From contig NMRA01000423.1 of the NCBI GenBank assembly GCA_002633005.1, positions 337,231 through 375,865 of the forward strand: a stretch of 38,635 nucleotides of DNA, read 5' to 3'. The position numbers and the translations under genes are program-made. How positions within the stretch are numbered: the stretch's first letter is position 1; every line of letters starts with the position of its first letter. The notes below the pieces were generated by a model, which was given only the letters and a program-made list of their open reading frames with translations, had not been told where the DNA came from and did not search any database. Below, piece by piece: positions 10,599-23,470 of this stretch. Source of the stretch: Phoronis australis. Lineage: Eukaryota; Animalia; Phoronida.

Positions 10599-13500
10599 TA
10601 ATATATCGCTCACTTTGCGTTCTATTAAAGAAAAAAAAAACAGGATGTATATTATTTTGTGACACTCTTAAGTTTGCAGTCGACTAAATTAAAAAATTCT
10701 GGCGCTTGGGCGTTACGACACTCGTAATCTTCGGTCGACAAAAACGCTGTAGGTTAGTTTCTTCTGTTGCTGCAATCATTTCACTCGTTCTTTTAGCAGA
10801 CCCAAATTTTCTGCTTGTTATCAAGTTGTCGCTTTTCTTTCTCTAACACTGACAACTATGACAGGAGGTGATCTAAGTAACATTGACTATTTGTCAGGAA
10901 CTAAGTTATATTTTTATTTTTCACAGTGCAGACTCCTTAGCAACATAACAATCGTAAAATAGGTGGCAGTGTCGCTTGTTTACAGTAATGCAAATTATCG
11001 CTGTTTTCATAATTTAATAAGAAGTTACCGGTAGTTCATTTTTATGATTACGCTTTTCAACAATGTCTTCGCTTTCCTCACCCGTCCAAAGTCATATTAT
11101 TGAAACATTATATTATGTAAATTTAGTGTGGAAGTTTTTAAAAAGTCATACAGGTATAGACTACACAAAAGACGTAACTGACATTCGTCTTTGAACTAAC
11201 AATCCTAGATTTAATCAAGAACTGATTTTCCAGTAACTCAGCAACAAAGAACATTGTGATGGGTGCGCTCTCTTCAGGCGCGAAATACCGACCATAGGTG
11301 TCCTTGGTTGAAACCGCTATATAACTCTTCAATAAATCACAGTCTGGATTCCCAAGTTGCACATTCTGTACCAATCTGAAGTAAAACTGAGGTTTGATGT
11401 TACCGCTCAATTTGGCCCACGGTAAAGGAATTGTACGTCTTTCTTATTCTCCGCCACCAAACGCTTCCGATTTGTGCATACAGTATTGACGTTTTATGAA
11501 GTCAAACACGAAATTGTCCGCAACTGCATTCCACTCATTGTGTATGTTCAATAAAATTCAGCCTACTGTAGGTAAAATGATTGTGACTCGTAATGTGTCG
11601 AGTATATATTTGGTTAGAAACTCCAAAGATTGGTATTTGACACTCCCTCAGTTCGCACGCAAATCTGTTGCAGAACGCCTGCAGAACATCGTGCAATCTT
11701 GTCCATACCGATTTTAAAACAAACACTTTCAAATCTGCAAGCTCTGCCAATTTCACTGAGTCGGCCGTCGTGAACAGGAGTAAAAGGTTTCGTGAGTAAA
11801 AATGGACTTTTCAAGTACAAATTGGTAAACGTTGACGTGTTGCTTTAAATGCAAAATTCTGAAGATATACCAATCACGATGCAAGAACACTCAGTTTAAG
11901 AGTTGGTCGATTGCTAGTGGGATGTTTGAGCGATTTTTTATACAAACGCATAACTGAAGATGTTCTTGGGCCTGAAAAATAAGGAAAGAATAAGAGACGC
12001 TGTGACATGAAATTTAAAGAAGTTGCCTACTTAATGCTAATTGAAATGGATTATCAGGGTGTATTGTACAGTCATGTTGTTCTTAAATTGTGTATTGAGC
12101 TAGTCCTTGAATTAAAATTAAAATTAAAACACGGCTTGATTATTGGATCTTGTAAAATGTGAAAACGCATATCGGTTTCAAGTAGCGGAAGACCACAGCG
12201 GTGAAAAGAAGATGGTCGGCGACATGAACTATTCCGTTGGTGTGGCACTTGTCGTTGAAAAGCTTGACTATTACAAAGTTATTGTCAAACTGGTGCTCGA
12301 TAAAATCAAAATCAGTCGAAATGGTTTAATTTTTAATGTGTCGATAACGTACCTGATTAATGTGTTTGATTTTCCTCTGATATCTATCTCTTTTCAGTTC
12401 TGACTGAAAGTGTCTCTTATCTCAGTTCGGCTAAAGTAAACTCTCCGCTACTCCCGGGGGAAATGATTCAAATGAATAATAACTCGATCGTTTTGGTTTT
12501 GTTTAATTATTTGTCATTTCTTCATACAATTTGAAGTTTTTGCGTCACGCAATTCCACAACCATGTTCAGCTGTAGGAACATGGCTCCTTTCCTTTTTGT
12601 TTTGTTAAGTTTGAAAAACTAATTGGCAAACATTGACGTTTATTCAATTTTGAAAATGTACCAACCCTGAAAAAATCACTTAATTTAAGGCGGATGATCC
12701 ATTGCTAGTGCTTGTGGAATATTTAAGCATTTTTCTTTGAACAAACGATGTACATTACATCCGTGCGGAACTAAACATATTATGCATTTTTAGAACACTA
12801 AAATGCAAATGACCCGTACTATGTAAGGCGATGGCGTTCATTTTGGCTTACCAATCAGGACAAAAACTATGTAATGGTTAAAATTATGAAATAATGCTTC
12901 TCTAAAGAACAATAAAATGGCAAGCAAACTGTGCAGCGAATTCCAAAAATGGCAAACACTGAACACTGTCTGGGTACGGAATAACTGTGCTGTATGGTGT
13001 TGTGCGATGTGTTCACACGTATCTTGTTTTCCTTAACTTAATCATGATTATGTTAATATTAATAATACTATTGTCACGCGCATTCTGTCACACGTCTTTG
13101 TGCTACGTTTGTTATGGCATTATAAGCAAAGTAAGGAACTTTTACAGAGCACTTGAAAATAGTAATGGCCCATCCTATACAGCCGTGGCCTTAAGTTCGA
13201 GTAAATGGCCATACAGCACAATGAGTTCATGGCCTTGTATTTCGGGGATTACGGTACATGTATGTTTACGGAAACAATGACTATCCGTGCAATTTGCAGA
13301 CATTAGACATACTCTGTGAAGTGGACCAATAGGCTGAATAGTAATGGAGTTTTATCTGATGTATTGAATATGTCCTTAATTAGAAACTAAACGCTCTGCT
13401 AAGTAAATACACGTTGATCAGAAAATTATTACTGAAGATGTAAGCAGGATAAATGACAATCGTTTCACTTTGTTTCATGGTAATTAACCGTATTATTATG

Positions 13501-13793
13501 TTTGATTTTCCTTGTGGGTTTATTTTTTCACATCTTCACTGAAGGTGTTGTTTTTGTCGCTCTGTTGACCAAGCGGAAAATCGCTTTGTTCAATAAGTTC
13601 GTGGTAAGTGATGAATTATAACTAGGTTGTTTTTATTTCGGTTTAAGACATGTCAATGTTCGTTTACAATTTGCCTGAAACTGCTAAAGTATTGCCACTT
13701 CCCCAACCATGTCCTGTTACATTGTATACATGTAGATAAGAATCTCGCTTTGTACTCGTATTTGTTTATTTAAGCCTGTTTTATTTGATGTAG

Positions 13794-13892
13794 AAAGGCA
13801 ACACACCGCTGCACCGTGCTTGTAAATTTGGCCATCTGGATGTCGTGAAACTCCTCGTGGAAGAGGATGGTGACGTCACAGTTGTCAACAAG
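13794..13892 (+). CDS. Ankyrin exon E: KGNTPLHRACKFGHLDVVKLLVEEDGDVTVVNK
   Basis: Acceptor ttatttgatgtag, donor gtaaaa, 99 nt, phase 0/0, canonical ankyrin repeat. Confidence 0.92.
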
Positions 13893-13933
13893 GTAAAATA
13901 TGAATATAAATGGAACTGTGTGGTAAGACACAC

Positions 13934-14263
13934 TTTTACCTGAATAGTGAACATGTCATCTAACTTTGATATAACTTTACCTGAATAGTGAACATTTCAT
14001 CTAACTTTGTTATAACTTTACCTGAATATGAACATCTCATCTAACTTTGCTATAACTTTACCTGAATAATGAACATGTCATCTAACTTTGTTATAACTTT
14101 ACCTGAATAGTGAACATGTCTTCTGATTTTGCTATAACTTTACCTGAATATGAACATGTCATCTAACTTTGCTATAACTTTACCTGAATAGTGAACATGT
14201 CATCTAACTTTGCTATAACTTTTAAATGAATAGTGAGCATGTCATCTCACTTTGCTATAACTT
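13934..14263. repeat. 41-bp minisatellite, about 8 copies (actttacctgaatagtgaacatgtcatctaactttgctata)
   Basis: Direct tandem units starting about 40 nt after the exon E donor. Confidence 0.95.
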
Positions 14264-14928
14264 TTCGATGTGGTGTTATCTTCCCGTTAGTAAAGTATCA
14301 GGTTTAGTTTTATTAGTTGTACCATGTAGTTGCAAAAACTTCTAAGGCTGTAAGCATGTATTTCATCATTTCAATGCTCATGTTTAGTTTTACACGGTGC
14401 CACGAAATATGTTGGTTCACGTCAGTTTCATTCGGACTGTTAATTTTGTGCTATGCATTGTTTTTAATGTTTCTTCGCACAAGCGACATCATGCTAATTT
14501 GTCTGATTCATTAAAAACCTTAAAATTGACCGAAACTCTCTAAAATAGTAACCTTTAAGTCACCAAATGCCTGCTGTTAATTGTGCCTCGTTGTTCAAAC
14601 TAAGCATAGTGTTGTGTGCAAGTCTCGATGGTCTACTTGTGTCGGTGAAGTTGGGTTTACTTTTAAATATGATAAACAGTGTATTTCTTGTGAAACAGTC
14701 TTGATCAGAAGCATAACTTGGGAGTGTCGGGAAAAGAAATACATCCATCATTGTCGCGGAAATGTTGATAGAGATTGGTGCCCTTTATCTTGACTGATTC
14801 TCCTAGTTGTCTGTGACTGTAATTTATGAGCGATGTGTAAATTGCAAATCAAAATACTGAGTTCACTCCGTCACTGAGTTTGCCTGGCAGTGTTCATTCG
14901 TGAGATCCCGTTATTGTTAATCATGCAG

Positions 14929-15010
14929 GGATACACCGCCAATGAAATTGTCTGGCAGTGGATAATTTTGATACAGTGAATTGAGTAGAATTAAAAAAAA
15001 TATACAAAAG
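14929..15010 (+). pseudogene. Probable degenerate ankyrin pseudo-exon (DTPPMKLSGSG*F/DTV...)
   Basis: Follows tgcag. Codons GAT ACA CCG, TCT, GGA and GAT ACA GTG align with exons D/B; contains stop, frameshift and deletion. Confidence 0.4.
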
Positions 15011-17377
15011 TACGCAAAAGCATGCGCACATACAAAGACATACAACTTAATTTACTGTATGAATGAAGCATAAGATAAGATCCTATATGAAAATACTGGA
15101 GTAAGATTTTTCCCTGATGATCTTTTTAGTTTGATAAATGTTACGCCACTCTTTATTAAAACGACTCTTTAGAGCAATTCAAACTTGTTGAAGAGGCTTT
15201 TTAAACTTCTCAAAGGGTTGCGACACTGTACTGCACGAAGCAGCTTGCAGTCTGGCGAATTATCGGTCATTTGAAAAGTGTGGTGCTGTCCCTGTTGTCA
15301 ATAATATAAAATGAAAAGTCGTCGGTTCTTGGCCTCAAAATTGAAAATTCAACTATGGTTGCTTCATCCTTTGATTCTGATGTTCTCTTCAAATGAGCTA
15401 TTGTCCCTTTTACCGATAAATTTCCACGACTGACCCCCACGGAAAACATGTACTGACTATGTCAACAGACATTTCAGTGGATTTTAAGGGAGCGTGATTA
15501 TATGTTAACCTACTCAAATTTCTTAAGATTTGACTGTATTGCTGAAAATCCTATCTTCCCAATGTAGCTGCACATGTTTCAGCTTGTCGTTAAATCAAAA
15601 ACTTCAGCAACTTGACAAAAAGTTAAACTTAGCCGAGCTTGCCACTGACGCCCGGCCTGCACTCAACAAAATACCCCTGTCAACCCCTGATTGTCTGTGA
15701 TATAAGTACGAACCACACTCTTTATTTTGCTCATTAATAAGACACTGTACCTGCCCAAGTACCATGAATGCAGCCATTCATCTTTATCGTTCCGCTTGCT
15801 GCGTGTGCGCGTATTGCGGCCATGCGCATTGATTGAGTTTATGCCATGCAAAATGGCAAACATTGACGTACATTTAGTCAAATGAAAAGTACAGACACTT
15901 GATGAAAAAATAAAATAAAAACATCCCGTTTACGAAAGGCGCCTGGACCAACAAGTGAATTGAAACACATGCGTCTATACTGTACTTGCAAAGCATTTGA
16001 ATAGAATTATTTCATTTGGACAACAGCATCATTCGGCGTGTACAGGTGTTTTGGCCTAAATACGCGCACATGTATGAACGGGAATTGTTAAGTTAGGTGT
16101 AAAGTGTGAAGCGGAGAAACTGCGCTAACAGGGCGTAAGACTGCCATTGCGGGTGTTGAATGTTGGTTCCACACCGAGGTTGATCTCAGAAAAACCTTTC
16201 TCACCTAAATTTTAAAAGTTAAGGTTCCCCAAAACCTGAACTTTGTGAACTTCGATTTCCTACAACTTTTACTTACAAACTGCTAGACAAACTTGAACTC
16301 ATAGTTAGATGAATTGCCGAAGAGGTCCTTGCTGAAAAATGCTGACTTCAACGAAAACCTTGCAACTAAACGTGTAGAAAAATGGAGAATTGTAGTTTCA
16401 TTTAATTTGATAACTGTGAGTGAATTGAAGCAACATGGGAATGATTCGTTGCTATTGATTTGTAGGTTTGTACGTCTGAAAATATCGACAAAAGTCTACG
16501 ATTCACGAATGACTATTTCTAATTACTTACAAACTGGAGACTCATTTGCAAACCTGAAACATTTTTAACTTGCATACACGTCATTATAATCCTTACGTCG
16601 TCCGCATATAGCGCAAACCAACAAAACGCGCAGGACCCACTAAGCCCCTGTGCCAGACACGCAAGCGTTTTGTCAACTTGCATGAAACATTGCGAATTGG
16701 TGCTTGGACTTAAACTAATCGTGCATTTCTCCAAAGTTGGTGATTTCTAGTTCCCAATTGCGGTCCAGATGATAGCACACTGGAGCTAGACTGTAATGGC
16801 ACTGCAATCTTTTCCACCTCGTAATTATAGTCACTGCTTTGTACTATCTAATAAATCAAGTCTCTCGTACTTCATGCGTAGGGGACTTGGGCACTGACAA
16901 ATGGTGCGTCGAGTTATGTTGCAGTCAAAACGCTGACGTCATGTTGGTCTTCCCAAATTTCTTCTCAACCGTGTTATGTCCAAAAGTGGCCACAGCCTTA
17001 CAAAATCCTGCTTGGCTGTACTTGGCATCCAGTTTTCATTTCTCTTCGAACACAAATATTTATTTACTTTGAAAATTTGAATAAAACGTGAAGTATGCAA
17101 GAAAGGTAATGAGATGCTTAGAAATATCACCTGAAACCTCTGGTTCGATTGGTACTTTAAATCAATGGAAAGAGTGGATTTTGAAGTTGACCTTCTAGGT
17201 TTTTAAAATTCTTTAATCATTTTTTAAAATAAAATTTAAAAATTTCTTACCTCATGTCTTGCACTCTGGCCCACGGGGTCTAATCTCTAAGTACAGATGC
17301 ACTCAAATCTTTCACCCTGTTTATCTGGCTAAAAACGAAGTTCAAGTTGGTGGGCATTATTGGCGTGAAATCGCATC

Positions 17378-17594
17378 TTATGAGATGACCAACTCGAGCT
17401 GAAGGCAATGAGTACACTAGCGCTACTTTCGAATGCGCTACTTATGGGATGACAAACTCGAGTTGAAGGCAATGAGTACACTTGTACTACTTTCGAGTGC
17501 ACAACTTATGGTATGGTCAACTAGAGTGGAAGGCGATGAGTACACTGTCTTGCGCTACTTTAGAATGCACAATTTACGGTATGGTCAACTCCAG
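17378..17594. repeat. Minisatellite of about 63-68 bp, about 3.3 copies (second instance about 21248-21468)
   Basis: Repeated caactcgagtggaaggcgatgagtacact...ctactt units. Confidence 0.85.
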
Positions 17595-18689
17595 AGACTG
17601 ATGATTTAGATGTCATTGTTGTTGACAGAAATGGAATCATATCGCAGAAAGGAATATTATGAAATTCTTATTAGAGTGGAAGGCATAATTTCATTGAAAA
17701 CATCGATTCTGACTGCGGTGTTAATAGAACTCTCTCAGAACTTTCTCACCAGTAAATTACTGAATATTTCTGAGTCATGCCATAACAAAATATTGTTATC
17801 GCACCATTGCAATCCAATGAAAGAGCCACTGAAGTGTCCTCTTAAATTCCGAAGTTGAACCGGCGTGAAACCAATCTACCATATTAAAAACAACTTTGAA
17901 ATGGTGGGTCAAATGTCACACCGTTCAGTGGTTTAAGGCCCACGTACCAAAATCCAGAAGACGAAAAGTCTGTAAAATCACTAATTGAGAAATGTCAGAG
18001 AAAATGGTCTCATTGCCAGATGGGCTGTGAACACAAAGTCTGAATAAGGTCCGACTTTTGTAAAATGATTTGCTCGTTTTCCGACTATTTTTAATAATGA
18101 GGATTGTGGTACAACGTTTGTCATATCTTGAGTCTGAAAATATGTCATGTTGTATTTTTCATTTTCGACACTTCCGTTAATACTGCTGTCCTAATAATTT
18201 TTTTCTTTTATTGGCAATTCCATTTTTAATCCATTACAATGTACTTCTTAAGATTATTTCATAACAAGTAAGCTCCCTTTGTTTCGTGTAACATCAACCA
18301 AGCCTACATATCATGTTGGAACAAAATGGACTTTTAGACTGTGGGTGGTCCTGTTATTAGGAATTACCTCTGTGAAAGAAAACAATCCCAACATTCAATA
18401 CTAATCACGTGATCAAAATGTGGATTAGTGATATCACATATTGTTTTGTAACTCAGAAAAAAATAGTCTAGTCTGAGGTTACCACATAAAATTACTGTGG
18501 AACACCAAAAATATCAACAGTCCATGAATGACTTATTACGTTGCTGGAAAAGGTGTTTGTGAGCGTATTATCATGATGGAATAACTAACGTGAAACTTAC
18601 TTTGAGTTTTGCTCGTGGGCCGTAAAACGAGTGGCGCTGTCGTCTGAAATAACGAGCGGAAATCAACGATTGATCGATCTTCCAAACCA

Positions 18690-18880
18690 CCTGCTGGATT
18701 GCAAAACCCAGTGACCGGTGCTCCAACTTGTGGGACTCCTATACTAGATGGCTGCACTCAAGAGCGGGTTGGCCTGACCTAAAATGAATTGGCTGGTGCT
18801 CAAATACACATCAGGGTCTACACGTTCAAAGCCAGTCTCTGGAGCGGTCAGGCCGTCGTGTTTGATCTCCAACCCACTGG
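18690..18880 (-). mobile_element. Possible decayed LINE (CR1/L2-type) RT C-terminal fragment
   Basis: Minus strand reads V-R-P..L-E-C...V-*-S-P with frameshifts, resembling LVRPxLEYxxxVWxP. Confidence 0.3.
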
Positions 18881-18884
18881 TTAT

Positions 18885-19190
18885 ACCAGTGTACACTGTA
18901 TGTTCTACACGCTCCTTCGTGTAACCGAGCATAACCACGTGTACACTGTTTGTTCTACAGCTCTCTTTCGTGTAACCCAGCATCACAAGTGTACACTATG
19001 TTCTACAGCACTCCTTGGTGTAACCCAGCATCTCCAGTGTACACTATGTTCTACAACACTCCTTCGTGTAACCCAGCATCACCAGTGTACACTGTGCGTT
19101 CTACAACAGTCTTTCGTGTAACTCAGCATCCCCAGGGTACACTGTATCTACTACAGCACTTCTTGGTGTAACCTAACATCACCGCGTGTA
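18885..19190. repeat. Minisatellite of about 48-50 bp, about 6 copies (second instance about 22765-23075)
   Basis: Repeated gtgtacactgtatgttctacagcactccttcgtgtaacccagcatcacca units. Confidence 0.9.
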
Positions 19191-22100
19191 TGCTTAGATG
19201 GCAACGATTCTGCTTCCTCTCAAGTCTCTAATGAGCACAACAAAAGTGTTGATGAAAATAAGCAACAGCCAGTTTTGGAAGAATCGGTATTTGGCATAAA
19301 CTATTGACATTAATAACTCAATATGTAGTGGTCATTTTAGCACTACATCGGCGGTTGACGAGGTATTTAAAAGTCAATTTCTGCTGCCAATAATTTCAGA
19401 AAGAGCAGAAAGTAGCAGTAGGTTCATGTCTACATANGCTGCACATGTTTCAGCTTGTCGTTAAATCAAAAACTTCTGCAACTTGACAAAAAGTTAAACT
19501 TAGCCGAGCTTGCCACTGACGCCCGGCCTGCACTCAACAAAATACCCCTGTCAACCCCTGATTGTCTGTGATATAAGTACGAACCACACTCTTTATTTTG
19601 CTCATTAATAAGACACTGTACCTGCCCAAGTACCATGAATGCAGCCATTCATCTTTATCGTTCCGCTTGCTGCGTGTGCGCGTATTGGGGCCAGGCGCAT
19701 TGATTGTGTTTATGCGATGCAAAATGGCAAACATTGACGCACATTTAGTCAAATGAAAAATAGTGAAACTTGATGAAAAAAATAAAATAAAAACATCCCG
19801 TTTATGAAAGACACCTGGACCAACAAGTGAATTGAAACACATGCGTCTACACTGTACGTGCAAAGCATTTGAACAGAATTATTTCATTTGGACAATAGCA
19901 TCATTCGGCGTGTACAGGTGTTTTGGCCTGTTTTTGGACGCGCACCTATATGAACGGCAATCGTTAAGTTAGGTGTAAAGTGTGAAGCTGGGAAACTGCG
20001 CTAACAGGGCGTAAGACTGCCATTGCGGGTGTTGAATGTTGGTTCCACACTGAGGTTGATCTCAGAAAAACCTTTCTCACCTAAATTTTAAAAGTTAAGG
20101 GTCCCCAAAACCGGAACTTTGTGAACTTCGATTTCCTACAACTTTTACTTACAAACTGCTAGACAAACTTGAACTCATACTTAGATGGATTGCCGAAGAG
20201 GTCCTTGCTGAAAAATGCTGACTTCAACGAAAACCTTACAACTAAACGTGCAGAAAAATGGTGGATTGTAGTTTCATTTAATTTGATAACTGTGTGTGAA
20301 TTGAAGCAACATGGGAATGATTCGTTGCTATTGATTTGTAGGTTTGTACGTGTGAAAATATCGACAAAAGTCTACGATTCACGAATGACTATTTCTAATT
20401 ACTTACAAATTGGAGACTCATTTGCAAACCTGAAACATTTTTAACTTGCTTACACGTCATTATAATCCTTACGTCGTCCGCATATAGCGCAAACCAACAA
20501 AACGCGCAGGACCCACTAACCCCCTGTGCCAGACACGCAAGCGTTTTGTCAACTTGCATGAAACATTGCGAATTGGTGCTTGGACTTAAACTAATCGTGC
20601 ATTTCTCCAAATTTGGTGATTTCTAGTTCCCAATTGCGGTCCAGATGATAGTACACTGGAGCTAGACTGTAATGGCACTGCAATCTTTTCCACCTCGTAA
20701 TTATAGTCACTGCTTTGTACTATCTAACAAATCAAGTCTCTTGTACTTCATACTTGGGCACTGACAAATGGTGCGTCGATTTATGTTGCAGTCAAAACGC
20801 TGACGGCATGATGGTCTTCCCCAAATTTCTTCTCAACCGTGTTATGTCCAAAAGTGGCCACAGGGCCTTACAAAATCCTGCTTGGCAGTATTTGGCATCC
20901 AGTTTTCATTTCACTTCGAACACAAATATTTATTTACTTTGAAAATTTGAATAAAACGTGAAGTATGCAAGAAAGGTAATGAGATGCTTAGAAATATCAC
21001 CTGAAACCTCTGGTTCGCTTGGTACTTTAAATCAATGGAAACAGTGGATTTTGAAGTTGATCTTCTAGGTTTTTGAAGTTCTTTAATCATTTTTTAAAAT
21101 AAAATTTAAAAAATTCTTACCTCATGTCTTGCACTCAGGCCCACGGGGTCTAATCTCTAAGTACAGATGCACTCAAATCATTCACCCTGTTTATCTGGCT
21201 AAAAACGAAGTTCAAGTTGGTGGGCATTATTGGCGTGAAATCGCATCTTATGAGATGACCAACTCGAGTTGAAGGCAATGAGTACACTTGTACTACTTTC
21301 GAGTGCACAACTTATGGTATGGTCAACTCGAGTGGAAGGCGATGAGTACACTGTCTTGCGCTACTTTAGAATGCACAACTTACGGTATGGTCAACTCGAG
21401 TGGAAGGCGATGAGTACACTGTCTTGCACTACTTGAGAATCCACAATTTAAGGTATGGTCAACTCCAGAGACTGATGATTTAGATGTCATTGTTGTTGAC
21501 AGAAATAGTATCATATCGCAGAAAGGAATATTATGAAATTCTTATTAGAGTGGAAGGCATATTTCGTTGAAAACATCGATTCTGACTGCGGTGTTAATAC
21601 AACTCTCTCAGAACTCTCTCACCAGTAAATTGCCGAATATTTCTGAGTCATGCCATAACACAATATTGTTATCGCACCATTGCAATCCAATGAAAGAGCC
21701 ACTGAAGTGTCCTCTTAAATTCCGATGTTGAACCGGCGTGAACCAATCTATCATTATATATTAAAAACAACTTGGAAATGGTGGGTCAAATGTCACACCG
21801 TTCAGTGGTTTAAGGCGCACCTACCAAAATCCAGAACACGAAGAGTCTGTAAAATCACTAATTGAAAAATTTCAGAGAAAATGGTCTCATTGCCAGATGG
21901 GCTGTGAACACAAAGTCTGAATAAGGTCCGACTTTTGTATAATGATTTGCTTGTTTTCCCACTGTTTTTAATAATGACGATTGTAGTACAACGTTTGTCC
22001 TATCTTGCGTCAGAAAATATGTCATGTTGTATTTTTCATTTTCGACACTTCCTTTCATACTGCGGTCCTAATGATTTTTTCTTTTATTGGCAATTCCATT

Positions 22101-23386
22101 TTTAATCCATTACAATCATCTTCAGATTATTTCATAACAAGTAACCTCTCTGTGCCTTTGTTTCGTGTAACATCAACCAAGCCTACATATCATGTTGGAA
22201 CAAAAATGGACTTTTAGACTGTGGGTGGTCCTGTTATTAGGAATTACCTCCGAGTCTGTGAAAGAAAACAATCCCAACATTACACTAATCACGTGATCAA
22301 AATGTGGACCAGTGATATCACATATTGTTTTGTAACTCAGAAAAAAATAGTCTAGTCTAAGGTTACCACATAAAATTACTGTGGAACACCAAAATATCAA
22401 CAGTCCATAAATGACTTAACACGTTGCTCGAAAAGGTGTTTGTGAGCGTATTATCATGATGCAGTAACTAACGTGAAACGTACTTTGAGTTTTGCTCGTG
22501 GGCCGTAAGACGAGTGGCGCTGTCGTCTGAAATAACGAGCGGAAATCAACGATTGATCGATCTTCCAAACCACCTGCTGGATTGCAAAACCCAGTGACCG
22601 GTGCTCCAACTTGTGGTACCCTATACTAGATGGCTGTACTCAAGAGCGGGCTGGCCTGACCTAATATGGATTGGCTGGTGCTCAAATACACATCAGGGTC
22701 TACACGTTCAAAGCCAGTCTCTGGGGCGGTCAGGCCTTCGTGTCTGATCTCCAACCAACTGCTTATACCAGTGTACACTGTATGTTCTACACCGCTCCTT
22801 CGTATAACCGAGTGTAACCACGTGTACACTGTTTGTTCTACAGCTCTCCTTCGTGTAACCCAGCATCACAAGTGTACACTATGTTCTACAGGACTCCTTG
22901 GTGTAACCCAGCATCTCCAGTGTACACTGTATGTTCTACAACACTCCTTCGTGTAACCCAGCATCACCAGTGTACACTGTGCGTTCTACAACAGTCTTTC
23001 GTGTAACTCAGCATCCCCAGGGTACACTGTATCTACTACAGCACTTCTTGGTGTAACCTAACATCACCACGTGTATGCTTACATGGCAACGATTCTGCTT
23101 CCTCTCAAGTCTCTAATGAGCACAACAAAAGTGTTGATGAAAATAAGCAATAGCCAGTTTTGGAAGAATCGGTATTTGGCATAAACTATTGACATTAATA
23201 ACTCAATATGTAGTGGTCATTTTAGCACTACATCGGCGGTTGACGAAGTATTTAAAAGTCAATTTCTGCTGCCAATAATTTCAGAAAGAGCAGAAAGTAG
23301 CAGTAGGTTCATGTCTACATAAGATCAATTCTCGGGTCTTGTAATTTTACGTAATATTCGTCTTCCATTCAAATATTTTGTTGCAG

Positions 23387-23470
23387 GCTGGAGAAACCGC
23401 TTACGACGTTTGTGGACGTGGACGCAGGGTCAAGGAATCAACTGCAGAAAACATCAAGGAATTCCTTAAG
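23387..23470 (+). CDS. Ankyrin C-terminal capping exon F: AGETAYDVCGRGRRVKESTAENIKEFLK
   Basis: Acceptor ttttgttgcag, donor gtagca, 84 nt, phase 0/0. GxTAxD...IxxxL is typical of a last ankyrin repeat. Confidence 0.85.

Larger units (their letters stand above)
5596..11965 (+). repeat. Old diverged intronic duplication (about 5596-7730 vs 9476-11965; third partial copy about 14513-14680)
   Basis: Colinear shared blocks such as ttgaaattgaca..aaatcac..agatgg, tttcgtttgctcagttgcagttgattc, gcagactccttag and gtcgattgctag. Divergence judged by eye. Confidence 0.85.
15567..23321 (+). repeat. Near-identical tandem duplication of about 3.87 kb (15567-19436 / 19438-23321) joined at a single N
   Basis: Colinear throughout with scattered SNPs and indels; N at 19437 lies exactly at the junction. 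Confidence 0.95.

Noticed and set aside
13160-13256. Ankyrin-like YTAVALSS/NGHTA reading
   Set aside because: Better explained as a MITE end with repeated TGGCC motifs terminating in TATTTCGGGGATTACGGTA.
13934-14263. CRISPR-like appearance of regular repeats (also 25440-25858 and 38359-38635)
   Set aside because: Units are head-to-tail with no unique spacers, there are no cas genes, and the context is a eukaryotic intron.
16314-20610. Pairs of similar ORFs (e.g. 16314/20169 and 16519/20395) suggesting conserved genes
   Set aside because: The similarity only reflects the 3.87-kb duplicated block; no recognisable domains.
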